Assembly: GCF_009914755.1 (NCBI RefSeq)
Contig: NC_060934.1
Origin: the human T2T-CHM13v2.0 reference genome, Homo sapiens
Strand: one strand, 5' to 3'
DNA: 64,000 bases
The first letter of the stretch is position 1, and the number at the start of each line of letters is the position of its first letter. A program made the position numbers and the translations under genes. Under the pieces are notes generated by a model. It was not told where the DNA came from. It worked only from the letters and a program-made list of their open reading frames with translations, and searched no databases. Positions 56,068 through 64,000 of the stretch are shown one piece after another.

Positions 56068-56615
56068 AATTCATTCAACAAATATTTATTGAGCACCTAC
56101 TATATGCCAAGCAGAGTTCTAGTGGTGGGTCTATAGCAATGAAGCATAACAAGTTTTTGTTCTTGTTGTCTTACATTTTAGTCAAGGGAAGGAGAATAAT
56201 AATAAACAAGTAAACAAATAAAAGAAATTTAGATAATAATAAGTGATGGAAGAAAACAAAACAGAGTAACACGGTAGAGAGCAATTTGACAAGAGGGTAA
56301 GGTCAGTACTTTAGATAGCGGTCAGAGGGGGCTCATGTGGAAGGTGGTATCTGAACTGAGAACTGAGTGAAGAAGCCAGCCTCTTAATGGATCTAGAAGA
56401 ACCGCACAGAAAAAGGACCTCAGGTGGAAATAGGTCTGCTGTTTTTAGAACCAAAAGAAGACTATCTGGAGTGTAGAAAGTAAGGGAGTGAAATATTTAA
56501 AAATGAGGTCAGAGAAGAAAGGAGTATTTTTATTCTGAGTGTGATGGAAAGCTATTGGAGGGATTTAACCAAGAAAGTGATCTGATCTGACTTATGTAAA
56601 GATCCCTGCAGCTGC
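56068..56615 (-). mobile_element. L2 (L2a-like) 3' end
   Basis: ttcattcaacaaatatttattgagcacctactatatgcca...gagtgtgatggaaagctattggaggga...aagatccctgcagctgct. Confidence 0.88.
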
Positions 56616-57614
56616 TATGAGATCATATATACATAATGAAACTGTATCATGATACAGTTATTTGTATATCATTTTAATTGTAAAATGATAAAAACTGTAA
56701 AATGATATACAAATTAAAGTTTTATTATTTTATAACCACTTCGAGCTTCAATTTCCTCACATGTAAGCTGGAATAATACCTGATAGGATTGTGTTAAGGA
56801 TCTTTCCTTGTCAAAGGCCAAAGACACATACACTAGGCCAATCACAGGAAGATCCTGAGAGTTAGTGAAAAGGAGCACAGAACTAGCAGATAAACATTTA
56901 TGTGGGTCCTTCTACGGTGATGCATGAATTCAGAGGAACTAGTGCCAATTATTCTTACGGTTTGGTGGTAGGATTCTGAACTACCATTTTCGATCCAAGT
57001 AAGAAATTCAGGAAATTTCCTAGAAACCTTGAACCATTAGCTCTTTGAAGGCAGGGAATACTTTTATTCACTTTTGTATTTACTTCCTATCAGAATGCCT
57101 GGCACAGAGTAAGTGCTTCACAGGAGACTGTGTGTAACACAAAGAAGTTAATGCAATTCCATACCTGCCCTTGCACAAGCTTACAGTAAACTGCTACTCC
57201 TTAAGGAAGTCATGTGACCTGATAAAGGGCGACTAAAACCTGATCAAAGAATTGGAAGCAATATGCTGACTGCAAAAACGACCTTAGAGATCAGGAAAAA
57301 CATAAAATGAAAACCTATTACAACATGAAAGATCTAGAGAAGAGCAACATGCTTATTTGCCAAATCTCAGGATATCAGGCCTGGGGTTTTCTCCTTGATC
57401 TGAGAAGGAAAAGGAAAATTGTGCTTTGCTTAGCAGGTAATTTATGTATGGAATCCAATAACCTCAGAAGTGTTAAAGGTCAATTACCATACAAGGTGAT
57501 TTGGATACCAGAAGGATTTTATGTGTTATCAAGCTCGTTATAATATTCTGATATTAAGAAAAGAAACAATCATGTATTTCCACATTTATCACTTGAGGAT
57601 GTTTGCTGTAAGTA

Positions 57615-58744
<1,130 letters not shown>

Positions 58745-58800
58745 TACTTAGTTGGATGGTGGCATGCCCAACTCAGAGGGGTGATTTGTATGAGATATTA

Positions 58801-59102
58801 TTTTTCTTTTTTTTTTTCTCAAGACGGAGTCTCGCTCTGTTGCCCAGGCTGGAGTGCACTGGTGCAATCTCGGCTCACTTGCAAGCTCCCCCTCCTGGGT
58901 TCACGCCATTCTCCTGCTTCAGCCTCCTGAGTAGCTGAGACTACAGGTGCCCACCACCACGCCCAGCTAATTTTTTGTATTTTTAGTAGAGATGGGGTTT
59001 CACCGTGTTAGCCAGGACGGTCTCAATCTCCTGACGTCGTGATCTGCCCACCTCAGCCTCTCAAAGTGCTGGGATTACAGGCATGAGCCACCGCACCCGG
59101 CC
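58801..59102 (-). mobile_element. AluY-like
   Basis: tcacgccattctcc, caccgtgttagccagga; flanks gagat(g)attatttttc. Confidence 0.97.
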
Positions 59103-59239
59103 GAGATGATTATTTTTCAAAAGGAGTTCAAACTCTAGCTCCTTTAAGTGAGGACTTGATTCCAGAAAACGGTTGGATTTATAAAATACTGTGTCTACAA
59201 GACCCTTCAAGGACATAGACTCTGTGTAAATAAAAGTTA

Positions 59240-59487
59240 CGCCTGTAGCCCTACTACTTGGGAGGCTGAGGTAGGAGGATCACTTGAGGCCAGGAGTTTG
59301 AGACCAGCCTGGGCAACACAGCTAAATTCCTTGTCTCAAAAAAGAAAAACAAAAAATTAGCCAATCATGGTGGCTTGTGCCTGTAGTCCCAGCTACTCAG
59401 GAGGCTGAGGCAGGAGGCAGTGAGTTTTGTTCACACTACTGCACTCCAGCCTGCATGAGAGTCTCTTAAAAAATAAAAAATAAAAAA
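59240..59487 (+). mobile_element. AluJ-like, 5'-truncated with internal deletion
   Basis: ggatcacttgaggccaggagtttgagaccagcctgggcaaca; right monomer shortened at ggaggcagtgag; aaaagtta on both flanks. Confidence 0.88.
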
Positions 59488-59549
59488 GTTAATCAGAATT
59501 CTCTTCTGACTTGCAGGGAGATTTGAAAGGAAACAATCTAAAATTGAGG

Positions 59550-59775
59550 AACAGTTAGGGGCATGGACTCTGGAGATGGATTGCCTGCATTTGAATTCTG
59601 GTTCTATTATTTACTTACTGCATGACTTTGAATGAGTTGTATTACCTGTCTGTGTTTCAATTTTCTCAGCTGTAAAATCAGAATCATATCTGCCTTAGAG
59701 GATTTTATGATATTTAAATTATATAATATTTATAAAGCAGTTGAAGTAGTGTCTGGCATATAGTAAGCACTTAGA
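59550..59775 (+). mobile_element. MIR SINE
   Basis: gcatggactctggag...ttgaattctgg...ctgtaaaat...gtgtctggcatatagtaagcact. Confidence 0.85.
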
Positions 59776-61760
59776 GGTGTAAACCAAAATATTACCTAGA
59801 CCACTCTCCTTGTCCAAGGCACATAAGCTTGTGTTTGAATGAATAACATCAGAGTTGGTTGTTTTTCCTTCAGACGTAGGACTTGTGGTGATAGGTAATA
59901 GCCCAGATGCATGCTAAGCAGCAGGAAAGGCCAGTTTAGAATTTAAAATGCACATGGATAACTCACACAAACATAATTATCATTCAGAGTAGTTCATTTA
60001 TCCATTCTCAGCACAGGGGTAATTCCTGTCAAGCCACATGAACAAATATACACAGTGAGGAACAACTTTGATACAAAAACTAAACCAGTTATATGAAATG
60101 TTTTTTGGGGAAATATTTCTAGAAATTATTAATGTTAAAGGTTCTAGGAGTAGTCAGTACAAACCAACAAATATTTTCTGAGTATTTACTGTTTGGGGCA
60201 CCGTGGGAGGCTTATGAACTCTGTATCTTCCATGAGCAGAGAAGAGCATGATGGTGACATGTAGTGGAGGTACAGACACTGAAGCTGGGTGCTGGTTGGG
60301 TCCAGGAAGGAAATCAGCATGGGCAGAAGAGGAGAGAAAAAAATTAGGAGAAACAGATGGAACCAGCTGCAAAATTCCCTTAGAAAGTAAAACTCTAAGA
60401 AACTGAGGGCTATAGTTCAACACTGTGGTTTTTTGTAGTAAACATGATTCTCCCTGTGCTAGAAGAGAGAAACTTGGAGTACTTTGGAAAGAAAAAGGGT
60501 ACAGTTCCTGGTGAGAAATGATGTGCCAATGAAGGTTATTTTAAGGGATACACTGTCTGGGGAGTAAGACGTACAAATGCTGAAATTACTTAAGTGAAGG
60601 TAAAGGGAGCTGAGTGGTTGGCTGCCTTTCAGCTGTTCTTCTGTTCCCAAATAGACTTCAATCCTTGGGTGCATGTGGTCAAGGGGGCTTTCAGGTACCC
60701 TGAAAATTGCTCAGTAAAGGGCCAGTGGCTGCTCTGAATCCTTGGGCCTGCTAGAGGCAGAGTTGTATAAAGGGAAACCCTTCTAGCTCCATTCCTTCAT
60801 ATTTCAGGGCTGGGGACTATGAGTACTGTTTCATGTGGACATATTGAGGGAGGAATAGGGAGACAGAAAGAGAGGGGAGACTAGAGAAAACAGCCTGGAT
60901 TTTTTAGTTTATTTTCCCTACCACTTTGAATTAAAAAAAGAAAAAAGAAAAAAAAAACAGTAAAAATAAGAAAATAGCAATTTATGTAGCACATTTTCAA
61001 ATTTGGGCTTCCTTTTCCTGTGTTTCCTTGATATCCTGCCTCTAAAACTGTGATCTAAGTCCTTTAAAAAGACTCTTGAGAGCCTGGCTTCAGCCACTGG
61101 CTGTGTAAGAAATGGTAGCCTTGTAGCAGCAGACATGTTGTTTATGGTTATCCAAACCCAACACCTTCCTTAATGAGAAAGGAAGCAATAAAACAGGAAT
61201 AGCGGACAGGCCAGCTGGGCTAATCAGCCCTGGCAGGAGGCCCACCCTCCAAATGAAGCTGGAGCCCATTAATTCTAGCATCTCATCTAGTTGGAAATCA
61301 ACCTTCCCCAGAATTTCACGAAGAACAGTAGCTCTTTAAGTAACCCAAACTGGTCCTCTACAGAGTTGGTTACAAAGAGCTGAATAGCTACAGGAAGCTT
61401 CTTAAACCTTACCTACACACAGAGCTCTTCTTAGGGACATCCTTGCCTCTTGTCAGTCTTTGTTCCTTATTGTATTTATAAGTGGTCAAGGCGAGAGCTC
61501 TGTGCCCTTCCCATGTTTCTTTCCATCCTTCTTTTGTGTTTTTTGACTCTCCACTTACTTGCTACATTAGAGCAGAGGATATTGACTCTGTCCTCTTCTT
61601 CCTCACTGCCCCTCCCTGAGTTCTGGATCTTGTCATTTGTTCCTTGGTCTTACTGCCTCTAATCTTTTCCTCTTCTAGTCCATCCTTCACACTGCTGCTA
61701 TTTGTTAACTTGACAAATCCCTCTTCAGCTTAAGAACCTTCAGTGGTTCCCTACTGCCAG

Positions 61761-62053
61761 CAGTGGTACTCAATTATTTGTGCTCAGAGAGGTCTGTTTG
61801 ATCAGCTGGGAGATGTGCTACAAGCAACTTGTTTCAGATACTATTGAAAACAGTGATTTGGGAATAATTTAGTTCAAAACAAAAAGAGTGGATTCAAAGT
61901 TGTCATAACAATATTTCGCCAAAATTCTGAAATGTTTCCTTAACTGGGGAAAAAAAGCTAAGGAGCTAGTAATTGCATATAACCCATAGTCTATTTTATC
62001 TATTTGTCCATGGGAGTATTTTAGACACGATAAAATAAAGTTGAGAACCACCG
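61761..62053. mobile_element. hAT-Charlie-type MITE nested in an L2 relic
   Basis: TIRs cagtggtactcaa / ttgagaaccaccg; L2-like sequence resumes either side. Confidence 0.65.
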
Positions 62054-62074
62054 AACCACAGGATAAGATGCTAA

Positions 62075-62526
<452 letters not shown>

Positions 62527-64000
62527 GTAATAGTTTTTTTACCGATTACCTTTCCCCTGCTCACTTCTCATCCACATTGTTTTGATTTTTTTTTTCAAGC
62601 CTATTTCAAATGTTATTTCCTCTGTGAAACTTTCCTCAAACCTTCAGAAAGTTAATTCTTTTATCCTCTGGGTTCCAAAGTTCTTTGGACCTACCTCTGA
62701 CCTTGACCTTATTATACTGAATTGTAATTTTCTATTTTTTTTCCTTTTTGCATGCCCTATAGAATGCTTGACAATTACTTTGCTTATAAAATACTTATAA
62801 ATAAATGAGAGAGATAATATTTTACTGATGAGAAAGCTAAGTTTCAGAGAAGATAACTAATAATCTCAGTATCACAAGGGCAAAAACCAAATCCTCACAG
62901 TTCCAGTTTAGGGCTCTGTTCACTTTCTAATTCAATTTCCTGTTTGAGGAGACCCACAACTTCTGGTTGGCTAAACTGCCTCCATATTTAACATGTCCTT
63001 CTTAGGTTAGACAAGCTGGGCTATTCTGAGCTCAGTCATTCCAGTATCTCATCACATTCCTCTTGATGCATTTCTTCTGTCTAATGTACTTCCTGTCAGT
63101 TTCATTAATCTTTTTCTGTATAATTTCTTTTTATCATTGTGTTCTGGAGTGCCATCTTTGCCCATTTTCTTTTGGTATCAGATCAATTTTTAATTTGCGG
63201 CTTCTGTTTCTGTGACATTTTTAGGATTTAAAATTCCATTCTCTGCACTTGTTATCTCAAACCACAGAAAAGCAGTTGAATGTAATTGCAACAAAACATA
63301 AAATTAAAATAAGGACATACACAAAAAAGATAAAGTCACTGGGGAGGCAAGGACATTATGATCATATGCAAGAAAATGGGAAAGAAAAGTTTCACAGAGC
63401 CCAAAGCAATGACTACGTTCAAGGATAAGTGCTAGTGAGAGAGAGATTGGAAAGTAGCCACTTGCACATAAATTACTCTTCGTCTCTTTCCCAGTCCTTT
63501 TCTGTGACTAACCAACCCCTACCTACTTACAAGTCATAGGTTCCAGCAGCCTCACTGTTAATTTTACTCTTGCTTAGGACAAACCCTATAATCCTCCCAC
63601 TTACATGCTGAAACACTGGATGGTCATCCTAAGTTGCCCCTTCCTCCTGAAGAAGCTTTTTGCCCCAAACAGCAATTTGCTTCCAGGGCCATTCCTCCAA
63701 ATGTCCATGGGTAGCACATACCTTCTTCACATTGTCATTGCCTTGCATATAGCAGGACCTTACTAAACACTGACCAAGAGCCTGTGCATATGAAACATAT
63801 GAATGGAATCCAGTAGATCAATGCAAATAACCCTCTAAAAAGTCTTGTCGTCTTCCACTATCACTTGCCTAATATCATGATACTCAACTTCATTCATTCA
63901 TTCAACCCTTACTTCATTCATCCATTCAGTTCATTCAACCCTCACTTCCAGGACACCCACCCTAGATTATTAACTGACTGTGGGGTCAAATTGATGTTCT

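Overview
Primate (very probably human) nuclear DNA, intergenic or deep intronic. I found no supportable protein-coding gene, RNA gene or CpG island, and I cannot identify the locus. A large part of the window is interspersed repeats. These are 19 Alu/FLAM copies, many MIR and L2 relics, several L1M fragments, a HAL1, ERV1 elements (MER67-like provirus relic and solo LTR, LTR54-like, MER51), ERVL/MaLR LTRs (LTR18, THE1C, MLT2, LTR40 with internal sequence, LTR33) and DNA transposon fossils (MER97, MER5A, MER6, a Charlie-type element). One L1MA retains both ends and carries a 27-bp tandem array in its 5' region. The only recognisable peptides in the ORF track are Alu-derived or degenerate L1 ORF2; a broken ERV Gag appears by manual translation. 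Subfamily names come from recalled consensus sequences and need RepeatMasker/Dfam confirmation. The most unusual signal is a set of four AT-rich insertions or junctions built from locally templated direct and fold-back copies (26380-26538, 34558-34625, 39800-39898, 56616-56714). They look like fossil polymerase-theta or template-switch repair scars; one includes a 108-bp, 107/108-identical copy of sequence 1141 bp away. No new multi-gene biological system can be supported.
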